The notes beneath the pieces are model-generated. The model worked only from the letters and a program-made list of their open reading frames with translations. It had not been told where the DNA came from and did not search any database. DNA of 64,000 nt. It comes from an uncultured Verrucomicrobiae bacterium (lineage in GTDB: Bacteria; Verrucomicrobiota; Verrucomicrobiia; Chthoniobacterales; Chthoniobacteraceae). The DNA lies in contig CAWHEP010000005.1 in NCBI GenBank assembly GCA_963828525.1, positions 157,079-221,078 on the forward strand, in the 5' to 3' direction. Positions 1-12,038 of this stretch are shown here, one piece after another. Each line of letters begins with the position of its first letter. The first letter of the stretch is position 1. Both the position numbers and the translations under genes were made by a program.

Positions 1-1
1 G

Positions 2-259
2 CATTTTACCGATCACCACCGTTTCTCTCATAAAGAGGTGCTTAATTTCATCAGCCGATGCGGAAGGCGCGACCTGGACGCGATCATTACCACCGAGAAA
101 GATTCCGTGCGCTTGCCTCGCATGGAAAAGCTGGAAGTACCGATTTACTTCTTGCGCGTGGAGATCGAAATCCTCACCGGCCACCAGAGTTGGCAGCAAT
201 GCGTCGACCGCATCTGCAAGCCGCAACCGCTTATTCCCGCGCAGCGCTTCTTCGGCTAA
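2..259 (+). CDS. lpxK: tetraacyldisaccharide 4'-kinase, C-terminal part (truncated by window start)
   Basis: FTDHHRF and IITTEKD motifs typical of the LpxK C-terminus. Confidence 0.8.
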   Translation, partial: HFTDHHRFSHKEVLNFISRCGRRDLDAIITTEKDSVRLPRMEKLEVPIYFLRVEIEILTGHQSWQQCVDRICKPQPLIPAQRFFG

Positions 260-260
260 C

Positions 261-1153
261 TCACTGCCTCGACCCGCGAGCCAAGGTTCGCTCGCAAGCC
301 AGGATGGTGTTCGAAATCAGCATCGCAATCGTCATGGGCCCAACACCTCCCGGCACCGGGGTAATCGCGGAAGTTTTGGGCGCGACTTCCTCAAAGGCGA
401 CATCCCCAACCAGGCGGTAGCCTTTCTCTTGAGAAGGATCTTCCTTGCGATTGATCCCGACATCGATCACGACCGCCCCTTTGCGAACGTGGCCCGATTT
501 CACGAATTCCGGTTGCCCGATCGCGGCGATCAAAATATCCGCTGAGCGCGTGATCTCTTCCAGTCCACGGCTGCGTGAATGAGCGACAGTGACCGTGGCG
601 TCGGCGTCCGTCCCTTTCCGCATGAGGAGCATCGCGAGCGGTTTCCCCACAATCATGCTGCGGCCAAGAACCACCACTCGCGCGCCGGAGATCGTTATTC
701 CGCTCTCGACGAGTAATCGCTGGCAACCCAGGGGGTACAGGGCACAAACCCGGTGTCATCCCCCATCGCCAGCTTAGCCACGTTGATCGGGTGAAAACCG
801 TCCACATCCTTGCAAGGCTCAATTCGTTCTACGATGGCCTGTTCATCGATGTGCGGCGGTGGCGGCGACTGCACCAGGATGCCGTGGATCGACTCATCCG
901 CGTTCAGCGCGAGCACGATGTCTTCGAGTTCGCGCTGCGTAGTCTCGATGGGCAGTTCCTTCTTCACCGAATGGAGGCCCAGTTCGCGGCAGATGCGATC
1001 CTTGGAACGCACGTAGGATCGCGATGCCGGGTTGTCCCCCACGAGCACCACGGCAAGCCCTGGCGTGATACCGCGCGCTTTTAACGCTTCGACCTTCGCT
1101 CTGGATTCCGCGTGGATGCGAGCGGCAATTTCCTGCCCTTTGATCAGTTTCAC
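261..1153 (-). CDS. folD: bifunctional methylenetetrahydrofolate dehydrogenase/cyclohydrolase (frameshift near 730, likely sequencing error)
   Basis: two ORFs carry [12 protein letters not shown] and GRSMIVGKP...[11 protein letters not shown]; break at a G run. Confidence 0.93.
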
Positions 1154-1158
1154 AGCTT

Positions 1159-1822
1159 CTAAATCTCCTTTGGTTGCAATATCTGTTCAAGCGCGGAGCG
1201 ATCTTCTTCGAACTCCCCTTCGGATTGCGCGCGCCGCGCCCAGAATAACGGTTTGAACGTGATGTCCGCGCGCGTGAAGGGGAGGGGGATCATGAATCCA
1301 TCCCACCCGCGTAATCGAACGCAGCGTGAGGTACTCGACGTGGATCGGCATAATCGGACAATCCGCTTTTTGGGCCAGGAAGATGAGCCCCTGCCCGAGC
1401 CGGTAGCGGGGGCCTCGGGGACCATCTGGAGTGATGACGACGTCCTTTCCCTCCTCAAGATATTTCGTGAGTTCCAGTAGCGCTGTCGCGCCGCGGCGTG
1501 AGCTGGAGCCGCGCACGGAAGGCACGCCAAAATGCTTCATAAACTCCTCGAGTATCGCGCCGTCCCTGCTCGGGCTTGTAAGCACTACCGCTCCTTTTGG
1601 GTTGCGATTGTGGCGCTCACAGATGAGCGGCATCAAGAGCATCCTGTTATGCCAAAACGCGAAGATATGTTGTCTGCCACCCGTGCCGGAAAAGTACTCG
1701 GCTTCGTCCTTGATGTTGATTCTCAACGTCCAGCCCAGCGCCCGGAGGAGCACAGATCCCAGCCATGACAGAAACCGCTGCTTGAATCGCGCGCGCTGGA
1801 AGTGAGTGGGCGACCGGCGCAC
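1159..1822 (-). CDS. DUF374 / lysophospholipid acyltransferase family protein (frameshift near 1325)
   Basis: FAFWH, SRDG, VRGSSSRRG, ITPDGPRGP motifs. Confidence 0.8.
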
Positions 1823-1828
1823 TGGCGA

Positions 1829-2377
1829 TCAACCCTTGATGGCGACTCCGTGACTTGAGCGCCCTCTCGATTTGCGGCGTCTCCGGCGCGTCGGTTGATC
1901 CCTCGGCTTCACCTCCGAGCTCCTGACCCTGCGCCTGCGCAGGTCGCGCGAATTCACGCTCAAACGATTCGAAGATGGCCTGCCGGCGACGACGGTCGCG
2001 CAGGCGACTACAACGCCCAGCCCCGCCAGGACGGCGAGGGGAGACATGCCTCCGCCTGTATTCACGGGCGAATCGGAAACATCCTCGGCTTTCGTGGATG
2101 ACTCGAAGCGGGAGAAGGGCAGAAGTTTCACTTCGGAGAGATCCTCCGCAAGAGTCACGTCGTTTACGAAGCGGGCCGGCGCGCCGCCATCCACGAAGAA
2201 ACCGATCTTGAAATTAGTATTCACGCTCAAGTTCATTTGGGGAGAGGCCGCGCGAGGTTGCAAACGGATGCGCTCCCCTGCAACGCCACTCTCCAGAGCC
2301 TGGTCCCCGTGTGATGCGCTGGTGAACAACAGAGCGCCGATAATGAGGGCAAGCAAGGCGCGGGCATTCGACGACAT
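1829..2377 (-). CDS. hypothetical membrane protein
   Basis: signal peptide, one TM segment, basic tail; fills the gap in a co-oriented cluster. Confidence 0.5.
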   Translation of the reverse strand: MSSNARALLALIIGALLFTSASHGDQALESGVAGERIRLQPRAASPQMNLSVNTNFKIGFFVDGGAPARFVNDVTLAEDLSEVKLLPFSRFESSTKAEDVSDSPVNTGGGMSPLAVLAGLGVVVACATVVAGRPSSNRLSVNSRDLRRRRVRSSEVKPRDQPTRRRRRKSRGRSSHGVAIKG

Positions 2378-2498
2378 CGTTAATCCATACTGAACAATCG
2401 CTCAAAGGCGAGCGGAATTCAGAAAGCGCGTCCGTCCGGATCACAGGATTGCGCGTTGGCGCGTGCCTCCTGTTGCGAGTCATCCAAAAAGGCTGTGC

Positions 2499-4714
2499 TC
2501 ACCCTGCCGCCAACGCGATGTCCCTGCACTTGCCCAAGTCCAGCTTCCCGGATCCCAAAACCGGAATGTCGCTGACTCTCACAACTTTTTTCGGTATCCA
2601 AAGGCTGGGAATGCCCGCCGCCAGCAAGCTGCCCCGCACCTCCCCGAGATCGACTTCTCCGAACGCTCAGCAGAATGACCGCTTCGCCCTTCGCCTCATC
2701 GGGAATACCGACTACGGTGATGGTCTTTTCCGAGTCCGAAGAATGGCCAAGCGCCTTCGCGATGGCGGCTTCCAGCGTCTCGTGCGGCACCATCTCTCCC
2801 CCGATCTTCGAGAATCGGCTCAGCCGGCCTTCAATATGCAGGAATCCATCCTCATCGAACCGGCCGAAGTCGCCCGTATTAAACCAGCCATCCACAAGCA
2901 CATGCCCGGTACGCTCCGGGTCGTCGAGATAGCCCTCAAAGATATTAGGGCCCTTCAGCCAGAGCATCCCGCTCTCATGCAGCGATAGCGCGGTGCCCGA
3001 ATCAGGGTCACGAATTTGCGCGGCGATCCCTGACGCCAGTTTTCCTGCCGTTCCCGCTCTGCTTGATGGCTGCACAGAGTCGTTTGCGCGGCTGGGAAGC
3101 GGCTCAGGCAGGTTTACGCTGACGACAGGCGAGGTCTCAGTGAGCCCGTATCCTTCCATGACATTTTTTCCAAACCGGTCGAAAAAGGCTTCCCGTAATT
3201 CTTTCGGAAGTTTCTCCGCGCCTGTCACGATGAGATCCAGCGTCTCGATCTGTTTTTTCTCCGCTTTCCTGAGGTAACCACGCAGGAACGTGGGGGTCGC
3301 CAGAAGGAGCGTGATTCCATGGCGCTCGATCAACGCGGCCGTTTTTGGAATATCCAGCGGGTTCGGATAGGTTACTACCCGCACTCCCTCGATCATTGGG
3401 TACCAAAGCGTGACGGTGCAGCCAAAGCTGTGGAAGAACGGAAGGCACGCCAGCACGGAGTCGTGTGGCTTCAAGCTCAGCATCATCGAGAACTGTGAGA
3501 CGTTGCCGATCAAGTTGCGGTGGCTCAGCACCACCCCTTTGGGTTCTCCTGAACTGCCGCTCGTGAACAGCACTACCGCTTCCTCATGATCGCCCTTTTT
3601 GGGCAGCCCCAGCAGGGCGGTCAGCGCTCGCCATGGCAGTAGAAAAACCATCACTCGCCAAAAAACCACCCGCCCCTTCAATCCAGGCGCGATCTCGTCG
3701 AGGAGGATGAGGTCTTCCGGCCAGGGGAATTCGGTGAACCTCTTCCGCGCGGGTCCGGCCGTTATAACCTTCTTGATCTTGGCAATCCGTATCGCCGATA
3801 CCAGCGCGGGACGCCCGGACGTGAAGTTCAAATTCACCGGCACCTTCCCGGCCAGCAGCGCGCCGAGATTCGCGAGAATCGCTCCCCGGCCTGCCGGCAG
3901 GACTATTCCCAAACGCTTCTCCCCACCTGCGGTCGCGCGAAGGTACCTTGAAAAGGCGATCCCCGCCGCCAGCAAGGTGCCGCGCGACATTCGGCTGTCG
4001 TCCATCCCGTCGATCACCGCTGTGTCAAACTGACGGTGTTTCAAACCGCGAAGGCACGCCTCCGCCAGGTGGCCGCGCAGGATGGGTCGCTGCTGATAGC
4101 AGAACTCGCCCAACTGGAGAAATTCCTCCCTCACCCTCGCGATGTCGGCATCCTCCGCCGAAAGTGCCTTTCCGAAGGCCACCGCTACTGGATAGGGAAA
4201 ATGCCGCGGTATTTTCCGGAAGTAGCGCCCGCCATAAAAGGAGAAGATCGATCCCCACAACTGGTCGAGCCAGACCGGAACCACAGGAGCCTGAGCCGAG
4301 CGCGCGATCACTTCAAATCCCCGCTTTAGACGGAGAAGGTTGCCCGTGCGCGAAAGCTCGCCTTCCGGAAATATGCAAACAATCTCGCCCTCCTGTATGT
4401 GCTTCACGGCTTCCCGCATGCCGTCCCGCGCTTTGGCGGGTGAGATCGGGATTGCGCCCAAAAAACGGAACAGAGGGTTTAGAAATCGCTGATTGTAGAT
4501 CGATTCAAATATCATGAATCGGATCGGACGCGGACAAGCCAGTTGCAGCACGATGGCATCCACCCACGTGACGTGATTGGGCAGGAGAAGAAAACCACCC
4601 TTCGGAAGATCATCCGCGCCGAGTGATGTGACGCGGTAAACCGCGCCCGCGACAATGCGCGCCAGCCGGTATGCCAGCCCTTCGAGAAACCCGGGCTGGG
4701 GCGTTCTGAACCAT
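2499..4714 (-). CDS. aas: acyltransferase / acyl-ACP synthetase (Aas-like), frameshifted near both ends
   Basis: NHVTWVD and FPEG acyltransferase motifs; FTSGSSGEPKG and GYGLTE AMP-binding motifs; GSGKLDL C-terminus in an alternative frame. Confidence 0.85.
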
Positions 4715-4737
4715 TCCTGCTGCTTGCCGCCTGGCTC

Positions 4738-5654
4738 CTAGTCGATTACCTCGAAATTGCTCATCAGCTTGAACAGCTAACGCTTCTCAACCTCATTGGC
4801 GATTCAGAGTGCGCAGCCGCTCCAGGCTGAAGGACTCGACATTAAAGCTCGCCATCACGCTGCCATATACGACTGCTTTGCGGAGATCCGAAAAGCCGAC
4901 TTCGTTGTTTGCTATGGCTCGCCAGGTACCGGCAAGGCCCTCCTGCGAACGTGTCGCCCGCTCCGGTTGGATCATGGATGTCTCCAAGTGGGTAAGCTCC
5001 GCAGCTAAAGAACGAGTCTTCACCGAAAAGCAGGCAGCCATGCTCTCCTTTCTTGATCGCCACATACTTGGGCCCGAGCTTTTGTATTTTGCGTCCAGCC
5101 TTTATCAGGCTTGTCTCGCCGGTCAGTTGGCGCGCCTCTCCATCATTCAAGATCAGGAGGTCCACCCGCTTCAACAACGCCAGAAGCGCTTCCTTTGCGA
5201 TGTTGATCCAAAGATCCATTGTATCCGCTATGATGAAACGCGGCTTCTTCATTTGATCCAGCACATGGCTCTGCAGCGCGGGGGCGATATTCGCGAGCAG
5301 CACATAGGGCGTTTCGCCATATCCCTCGGGAAGGTCCGGAGTGAAATGCTCGAATACGTTCAATTCCACACTGCGCGTCTCGCGCGTGTTGAAATCCCAC
5401 GCGTATTCCCCCGACCACCTGAAAGTCTTGCCGGAGACCACCTGAAGCCCGGTGACATCGATCTTCCGGGATCTCAAAAACTCGATGTGTTTCTCCGGAA
5501 AATCAGTCCCCACGATCCCGACAAGATTTACTTCCGTGAAGAAGCTTGCGCTTACAGCGGCATACGAGGCGGAACCGCCCAGCAAGTCAGCATGCTCCTC
5601 GACGGGTGTTTTTACTGTATCAAGGCCGATGGAACCAACGACGAGAACTGACAT
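4738..5654 (-). CDS. PfkB family carbohydrate kinase (frameshifts in 3' part)
   Basis: VVGSIGLD, GGSA, DPTGAGDTFAGG. Confidence 0.88.
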
Positions 5655-5691
5655 AGGAGAAGAGAAGAGGGAGGCAGGTGAGGGGTTGCTC

Positions 5692-6321
5692 TTAACAATG
5701 CGGAGCAGCCGAGGAAAGGATATTCTTTGCTTGTCGGGCGTAACCCTCGATATCGGCAGCCAGTAGAATCCCGGAGACGATGACCACGCGACTCGCGCCG
5801 GCGGAAAGGACACTGTTCAGGTTTTCCAGTTTGATGCCGCCGATGCAAAAAATGGGAATGCGCGCTCGCTCGTGGACGCGGCGAATGTCGTCAAGCCCAA
5901 TGGCCGTGTAATCTGGTTTGGTCGGAGTCGCAAACAACGGCCCAAATCCGATGTAATCCGCTCCCGACTCTTCCGCCTTCACGGCCTGCTCGAAGCTGTG
6001 TGTTGATTTGCCTACGATCCGCCCCTTCCCGGTGATTTTTCGCGCTTCGGAAACGGACAAATCGTCCTGTCCCACATGCGCGCCATCGGCGGGTATTTCC
6101 GGATGATCGTTTACAATGAGCGGAGCGCCCGCGCTGGTTGTGATCCGCATCAGGCGGCTGGCGATCTTCGCGATCAGCTCTCGCGGCATCGCTTTTGCGC
6201 GAAGCTGGAGAATGTCGACCCCGCCCGCGAGCATGCGTTCCGCCACGCGTTCCACGTCGTGTTCATTGACGTAACCGAGGTCGAGGATCCCATACAGACG
6301 GCAATCGCGCAGTTCCCTCAA
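5692..6321 (-). CDS. thiE: thiamine-phosphate synthase
   Basis: QLRAK, GAHVGQDD, GKSTH, TPTKP, IGGI. Confidence 0.93.
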   Translation of the reverse strand: MRELRDCRLYGILDLGYVNEHDVERVAERMLAGGVDILQLRAKAMPRELIAKIASRLMRITTSAGAPLIVNDHPEIPADGAHVGQDDLSVSEARKITGKGRIVGKSTHSFEQAVKAEESGADYIGFGPLFATPTKPDYTAIGLDDIRRVHERARIPIFCIGGIKLENLNSVLSAGASRVVIVSGILLAADIEGYARQAKNILSSAAPHC

Positions 6322-6334
6322 AGCGTCGCCAAGA

Positions 6335-7698
6335 CTAACGGCTGAATTCCGCCACCCGCACAGATATTACATTTTCGACGAAGCTCGTGCTGTACGTGCC
6401 GCGAAGGAAATCCGGGTTGTGCATGATGGCTTCCTGAAACGGGATTGTCGTCTTTATCCCCGTGATCATGTATTCCGACAACGCCCTGCTCATGCGAGTG
6501 ATCGCGTTTTTCCGCGTCGAGCCCGTCGTGATCACCTTCGCGATCATCGAATCGTAATGCGGCGGCACCGAATACCCGGAGTAAGCGTGGGAGTCGATCC
6601 GCACTCCCCGCCCCCCGGCGCGTAGTACAGGCCAATTTTGCCGGGACTCGGCTGGAAACCATTATAAGGGTCTTCCGCGTTGATGCGGCACTCAATCGCG
6701 TGTTGCCTCAGCTTTGCCTTGCGAATGCTTTCCGAGAGTGGCATTCCCGCCGCCACCCGTATCTGCTCTTTCACAAGGTCAACTCCGTAAGCTTCTTCGG
6801 TGATGGTATGCTCCACCTGTATGCGGGTGTTCATCTCCATGAAATAGTAATTTCCCGCGTCGTCCACCAGGAACTCAAGGGTTCCTGCCCCTTGGTAGCC
6901 CACCTCCTGCGCGAGTCGCACCGACGCCTGGCCCATCTTCTTTCTTAGGTTTTCTGATAGAAAAGGGGAGGGGCTCTCTTCCACGATCTTTTGATTCCGC
7001 CGCTGGATGGAGCAATCCCGCTCGCCGAGGTGGATCACATTTCCTTGCTCATCCGCCATCACCTGGAACTCGATGTGATGCGGATTCTCGATCATCTTCT
7101 CCACGTATACGCCGGCGTTTCCGAAAGCTTTTTCCGCCTCCATGCGCGCTCCGTGGAACCCTTGGATCAGGCTCACATCATTATGCGCTGGACGCATCCC
7201 CTTGCCTCCTCCGCCCGCCACCGCTTTTATCATCACAGGGTAGCCGATCTTCTTTGCGACCTTCAGCGCCTCTTGTTCGGATTCCACGACTCCTTCGCTG
7301 CCAGGGGTCACCGATATTCCTGCCTTCCGCGCTGTCTCCCTCGCCACGTTTTTGTCACCCATTGACCGGATCGCGCTCGATGGCGGCCCGATGAACTTGA
7401 TGTTGCAGCTCGCGCAGATTTCCGCAAAGTGCGCGTTCTCCGCCAGAAAACCGTAGCCGGGGTGAATGGCATCGACGTCTCCGATCTCAGCCGCGCTGAT
7501 GATCCGGTCGATTTTCAGGTAGCTGTCGGCGCTTGCGGCCGGGCCTATGCAGATCGCTTCGTCCGCGAGTTGGACATGCAGTGAATCCACATCCGCCTCC
7601 GAATAAACGGCCAGCGTCAGGACCCCGAGCTCCTTGCAAGCGCGGATCACCCGGAGAGCGATCTCGCCTCGATTGGCGATCAGGACTTTGTTGAACAT
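6335..7698 (-). CDS. accC: acetyl-CoA carboxylase biotin carboxylase (frameshift near 6610 at a homopolymer)
   Basis: [35 protein letters not shown]. Confidence 0.95.
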
Positions 7699-7716
7699 TC
7701 CTTGCGAGAGGGCGCT

Positions 7717-8166
7717 CTATCGCACCTTGAAGAGCGGCTGTCCGAACTGCACCGGTGTGCCATTCTCGATGAGTATCTCTCCTACGACGCCCTTCATCTC
7801 CGCCTTTATCTCGTTCATCATTTTCATCGCCTCAATGATGCACACCACCGTGTCCTCGCTCACCTCTTGTCCGACTTCTATATAGGGCGCCGATTCAGGG
7901 GACGAAGAGCGATAAAACGTGCCCACCATGGGCGAAGTGATTTCCCGGCCCGGCGAGGCGCTCTCCTCTTTTGACGCTGGCGTCACGTTCGCTTGCGCGG
8001 AGGCCGGAACCGCGGGCACCCCCGTCACGACCGGGTGCGACGCGATCACAGATCCAAACTCGTTGCGTTTGAGTGTAATTTTAAAGCCCTCCCGCTCCAT
8101 CTTGAAGACGGAGAGGTCATTCTTTTTCATGAGGTCAATGAGAGCTTTTATTTCTTTGATGTCCAA
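7717..8166 (-). CDS. accB: biotin carboxyl carrier protein
   Basis: SPMVGTFY and EAMKM biotinylation motif. Confidence 0.95.
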   Translation of the reverse strand: MDIKEIKALIDLMKKNDLSVFKMEREGFKITLKRNEFGSVIASHPVVTGVPAVPASAQANVTPASKEESASPGREITSPMVGTFYRSSSPESAPYIEVGQEVSEDTVVCIIEAMKMMNEIKAEMKGVVGEILIENGTPVQFGQPLFKVR

Positions 8167-8249
8167 ACCGGTCTCCTGATAAGATTCAAGCCGTCAATGT
8201 TAATGCGCCCGTCCGCGCAAGGTCAAGGGTTTCAAAGCCGGTGGAGACA

Positions 8250-9263
8250 ATGCCCAAACACGCGCCATCCATCCCCATCTCCGTCCTCGATCTCTCCCCA
8301 ATCCTTAAAGACGGCTCTGCTGCCGATGCTTTTCGGAATACTCTCGATCTCGCCCGGCATGCCGAGAGATGGGGATACAAGCGTTACTGGCTCGCGGAGC
8401 ATCATAACATGCCCGGCATTGCCAGCGCGGCGACCGCTGTGGTGCTGGCATACGTAGCGGGCGGCACCTCGGCGATCCGTGTTGGGGCCGGTGGCGTCAT
8501 GCTGCCAAACCACTCTCCGCTGGTCATTGCGGAACAATTTGGCACTCTGGAATCCCTCTACCCTGGGCGGCTTGATCTCGGGCTTGGTCGCGCGCCCGGA
8601 ACCGATCAGCAGACAATGCGCGCGCTTCGCCGGGGCCGCGGTGACAGCGTCGATCAATTCCCAGGCGATGTGATGGAGCTGCGGGCTTATTTCAGTGCCG
8701 TTGTCCCTGGCCAGAGTGTCCGAGCCATCCCCGGCGCGGGACTCGAGGTCCCCATTTGGTTGTTGGGGTCGAGTCTTTACAGCGCGCGCCTCGCCGCCGC
8801 CCTTGGCTTGCCGTACGCCTTCGCCAGCCACTTCGCGCCTGACGATCTTGCGGATGCTCTCGCGATCTATCGAAACGAGTTTCGACCATCGGATGCTTTG
8901 TCGCGCCCGTACGCTATGGCTTGCGTCGGTGTCTTCGCCGCTGACTCCGACATGGAAGCCGAGCGAATCTTTACCTCCGTCCAACAGCAATTCATTGATC
9001 TTCGCCGGGGCCATCCCGGACCGCTCAACCCGCCCCTTTATTCAACCGCTGGCCTCTGGCCGGATCCGCAGTTAAGCGGCGTTAGGCGGGCACTGCGTGA
9101 ATCAGTCGTCGGTTCGTCGGAGACAGTGCGCCGCGGCATTGAAGCTTTCATCCAACGAACGGAGGTGGACGAACTCATGGTGACTGGGCAGATATTCGAT
9201 CACGCGGCTCGGCTGCGTTCCTTCGAGATCGTCGCGCAAGTGGCCATCGGCGCTACGGGTTGA
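8250..9263 (+). CDS. LLM-class flavin-dependent oxidoreductase (luciferase-like)
   Basis: [24 protein letters not shown]. Confidence 0.9.
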   Translation: MPKHAPSIPISVLDLSPILKDGSAADAFRNTLDLARHAERWGYKRYWLAEHHNMPGIASAATAVVLAYVAGGTSAIRVGAGGVMLPNHSPLVIAEQFGTLESLYPGRLDLGLGRAPGTDQQTMRALRRGRGDSVDQFPGDVMELRAYFSAVVPGQSVRAIPGAGLEVPIWLLGSSLYSARLAAALGLPYAFASHFAPDDLADALAIYRNEFRPSDALSRPYAMACVGVFAADSDMEAERIFTSVQQQFIDLRRGHPGPLNPPLYSTAGLWPDPQLSGVRRALRESVVGSSETVRRGIEAFIQRTEVDELMVTGQIFDHAARLRSFEIVAQVAIGATG

Positions 9264-9267
9264 GTCC

Positions 9268-10176
9268 TTACAACCTCATTTTGCCGAGCGCGTATAGTCC
9301 AACGCCTGTGAACAGTAACCCCATCGCGAGCGCTGCAAATATGCTCCACAGCGGCCCTCGCTGCAGGATTGCATCCCAAGGAGCTCGGGGATTGTAGTAA
9401 AGCGTGAGCGTGGGCAGCGCCCGCAATCGGGCTAAATCGCGTTCGACGCTCGCCTTGCTCTTCGCAACGAAAGCCGGAATCGCCGTGAGCTGTCTCGATC
9501 GATATGTCGTGCCGCCCACGTTGTAATCGAACAGCGCGCTGGACGTATACCCTCCGCCTCCGTCGCTCCCTCCCGAGTAGGAGACCTCCGCAGCCAAAAG
9601 GCGCCCGGATATGGGCAGGAAGCTGCCTGTCGCTAGATGGCGCCTCAAGCAAGACGTGCCGTATAGGAAAATTCCTGCGCCACTCGCCAGCAACCCGAGA
9701 CTCCATAGGTGCCCCAGATGAGCCTCCAGCCATGTGGTCCTCCAGTGGAGCGCGTAAAGGGAGGCGCAAATAGCGAAGAGGATGACGCAATTCCAGCCAG
9801 CCCATGGAGGCGCGCCAACAACCAGTGCGGCGTCAGCGGGCTTGCGAGGATCATAATAGGCTCGCGCCGTCGATCCCGGCACAAACTTCAGCGAACCGCC
9901 CGAATTCAGATAGACCTTCTTCTGCGCCCTCAGGTTTTTGCCCTCGCCGGAAAGCGGACCCGGAACGATCGACGTGCCTGTCAGCAGTTGGACGCCTGCT
10001 TTGTATTCGTATTCCACTTCGGCGAATCCGTAGCTAACGCCAAACCACTTGATTCTAGCTGTGGTTTCTACCCAGGTGGACTTGCTTCTTCGTCCGCGGG
10101 AAATGTTTGCCAAGAGCCCCCATCCGACAATCCCCGCGGCAAACAGGCCGAAAAAGCTGAGAGCGATAAATCCCAT
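9268..10176 (-). CDS. membrane protein with two DUF3592-like repeats
   Basis: repeated TM + Y-x-Y + YYDP/YYNP units. Confidence 0.65.
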   Translation of the reverse strand: MGFIALSFFGLFAAGIVGWGLLANISRGRRSKSTWVETTARIKWFGVSYGFAEVEYEYKAGVQLLTGTSIVPGPLSGEGKNLRAQKKVYLNSGGSLKFVPGSTARAYYDPRKPADAALVVGAPPWAGWNCVILFAICASLYALHWRTTWLEAHLGHLWSLGLLASGAGIFLYGTSCLRRHLATGSFLPISGRLLAAEVSYSGGSDGGGGYTSSALFDYNVGGTTYRSRQLTAIPAFVAKSKASVERDLARLRALPTLTLYYNPRAPWDAILQRGPLWSIFAALAMGLLFTGVGLYALGKMRL

Positions 10177-10222
10177 CGCCTCCCAAGACTATTCATTTTT
10201 CGCCTCCCAGCTTCATATATGT

Positions 10223-10875
10223 TCACGCCGCGACGCCTGTCGAGTCCAGCACCTCCCGCACCTTCCGCGCAAGAGCGCCCGGCGAGAACGGCTTCTGTAG
10301 AAATGCATTTGTTCCGGCGTTCCGGTCCGAAAAAGAGGCATCCGCGCGCGACGAAGTGAAAAGGACTCGGACTTCAGGATGCAGGCCCCTCACATGATCC
10401 GAAAGGGGCTCGCCGCCTGCAGTCGCTGTCTCGGGCTCGGAATTGCCGCGAGAGTCACCCGTTTCCATGTCCGACAGCAGCAGTTCACTTTGACCGATGA
10501 TGGCAGTCATGATGCTGTTGAACTCGTGGGCCACACCGCCCGCGAGTTTGCCTACAGCTTCCATATTTTGGGATCTATACAGCTTGGCCTCCAGCCGCTT
10601 GCGCATCGTTATATCACGCTGGATGGCCACGAAGTGCGTGATCGCTCCGCTGCTGCGCACCGGAGCTACCTGCCACTCAAAGTCGAACTCCCTTCCGTCT
10701 TTTCGGTAATTGATCGCCTCTCCTTCAAATACTTCTCCGGCCTGCAGAGCTCTCCTCAGTCTCTTTAACACATTCTTGTCCGTGAGCGGGCCCTGCAATA
10801 TCCTGGGTGTCTTGCCTATGGACTCTTCAGCAGTATAGCCGGTCATTTTAGAGTAGGCGGGGTTCACGAACAGGT
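10223..10875 (-). pseudogene. relic PAS/PAC hybrid histidine kinase (5' truncated, internally deleted)
   Basis: PAS/PAC, HisKA GGVAHEFN, then directly a receiver C-terminal half (FLQKPF); no HATPase; 5' end replaced by a half attC. Confidence 0.7.
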
Positions 10876-10938
10876 TCGCTCCATCGCATGGTTTAGGCGA
10901 CGTTGGTTAAATGCAAGAGATATACTTCACAAGAGTCC

Positions 10939-11214
10939 TCATTGGCGCTTGGCGGGTGGAATCAGATGCTTGTGCGCGGCGCACTCTGGGCAAAGACAAA
11001 AAAGCGTGCTTAAACCATGGGGCAGATTAGGAGCGACATACCACCCGGCGCGCCATGCTTCATCAGCAGCGTCGTGAAACCATTGCCAGTCTGCATCGGC
11101 GGGATACGGCGGATCAAGGTCGAGGTAACGGCGACAGCGATGACAGTCGAACAGCAGGAACATAAACGCGTAGCAGCGATACGGCTCGTGAATGTCGAAC
11201 TCTGCTTCGGTCAT
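10939..11214 (-). CDS. Cys-rich hypothetical cassette protein
   Basis: two CxxC motifs; between attC sites. Confidence 0.6.
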   Translation of the reverse strand: MTEAEFDIHEPYRCYAFMFLLFDCHRCRRYLDLDPPYPADADWQWFHDAADEAWRAGWYVAPNLPHGLSTLFCLCPECAAHKHLIPPAKRQ

Positions 11215-11246
11215 CGGTGTCGTTCTCAAAGCGTGTATGCGAAGTC

Positions 11247-11365
11247 GCCAAACGACCCCAGGCTGCGACCGCAGAGGGCGGCGCGGTACCTGAATGGTGG
11301 GCGGAGAGGTGGCGGTGGATGCAGGAGCCGTGACGCGTAGCCTGTTAGCTGCATCGCACGGTTAG
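11247..11365 (-). repeat. attC site, R'' interrupted by an IS110 remnant
   Basis: GCCAAAC...GTTAGCTGCATCGCACGGTTAG on + strand. Confidence 0.8.
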
Positions 11366-11397
11366 CGCCCGAAAAAGTGAAGCTTTTGGGAGACCGC

Positions 11398-11694
11398 TCA
11401 GAACGTCGGTTCCTCACGGGCACCGTGCCAGACGTGAAGAATCTCAACGCTACGGGGCGACTCAGACACATCGTAGAAGATGCGGTAAGAACGGAAAACA
11501 ATCTCACGCAAGGAACCTCGGGAACCTCGCGGATACGTTGGGCCGATAAACGGGAACGACGCGAGAATGCGAACGTGGTCGAGGATTCCTCGCCCTATCC
11601 GTCCAGCGGCTTGCGGGTCGTCGCGGGCGATGTAGGAGGAGATGTCATGGAGGTCTGCAATCGCCGTGTCGGACCAGATTACCTTGAAGTCCAT
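11398..11694 (-). CDS. RelE/ParE family toxin
   Basis: VIWSDTAIADL...YRIFY...ILHVWHGAR; overlaps antitoxin. Confidence 0.88.
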   Translation of the reverse strand: MDFKVIWSDTAIADLHDISSYIARDDPQAAGRIGRGILDHVRILASFPFIGPTYPRGSRGSLREIVFRSYRIFYDVSESPRSVEILHVWHGAREEPTF

Positions 11695-11876
11695 GCGGTT
11701 GCCCAGGAATCAACGAGTTGCTCGACCTCCTCATGGCTCTTGGAGCGGCCAGCGGTGATGTCGGCGCGTCCACGCCGGATGGAGGCCATGATGTGCAACT
11801 CCTCAGTAATCTCTTCGAGCGAGGCGACTTCCGGAAGCCTGTTCAGGGCGTCAATTACGGCTTGCTTGTCGGTCAT
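11679..11876 (-). CDS. antitoxin of the RelE/ParE pair
   Basis: 65 aa, IRRGRADITAGR..SHEEV, upstream of and overlapping the toxin. Confidence 0.8.
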   Translation of the reverse strand: MTDKQAVIDALNRLPEVASLEEITEELHIMASIRRGRADITAGRSKSHEEVEQLVDSWATAWTSR

Positions 11877-12038
11877 GGAAAAGATTACCGTTTTGCGGTT
11901 CCGAACGCAAGTGACGCGTAGAAGACCTAACGGCCCAAGCTCCGCGAAACGCCTAACGACCCAAGCTCAGCGACCCCGGAGTGCGGCGCGGCACCTGCAT
12001 GGTGGGCGGAAAGGTTGATTGAGGAACCTATTTTTTTA

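Noticed and set aside
261..7698. Apparent pseudogenisation or programmed frameshifting of folD, aas, the PfkB kinase and accC (and other split genes)
   Set aside because: Single-base indels, often at homopolymers, are scattered through essential genes, which fits long-read consensus error.
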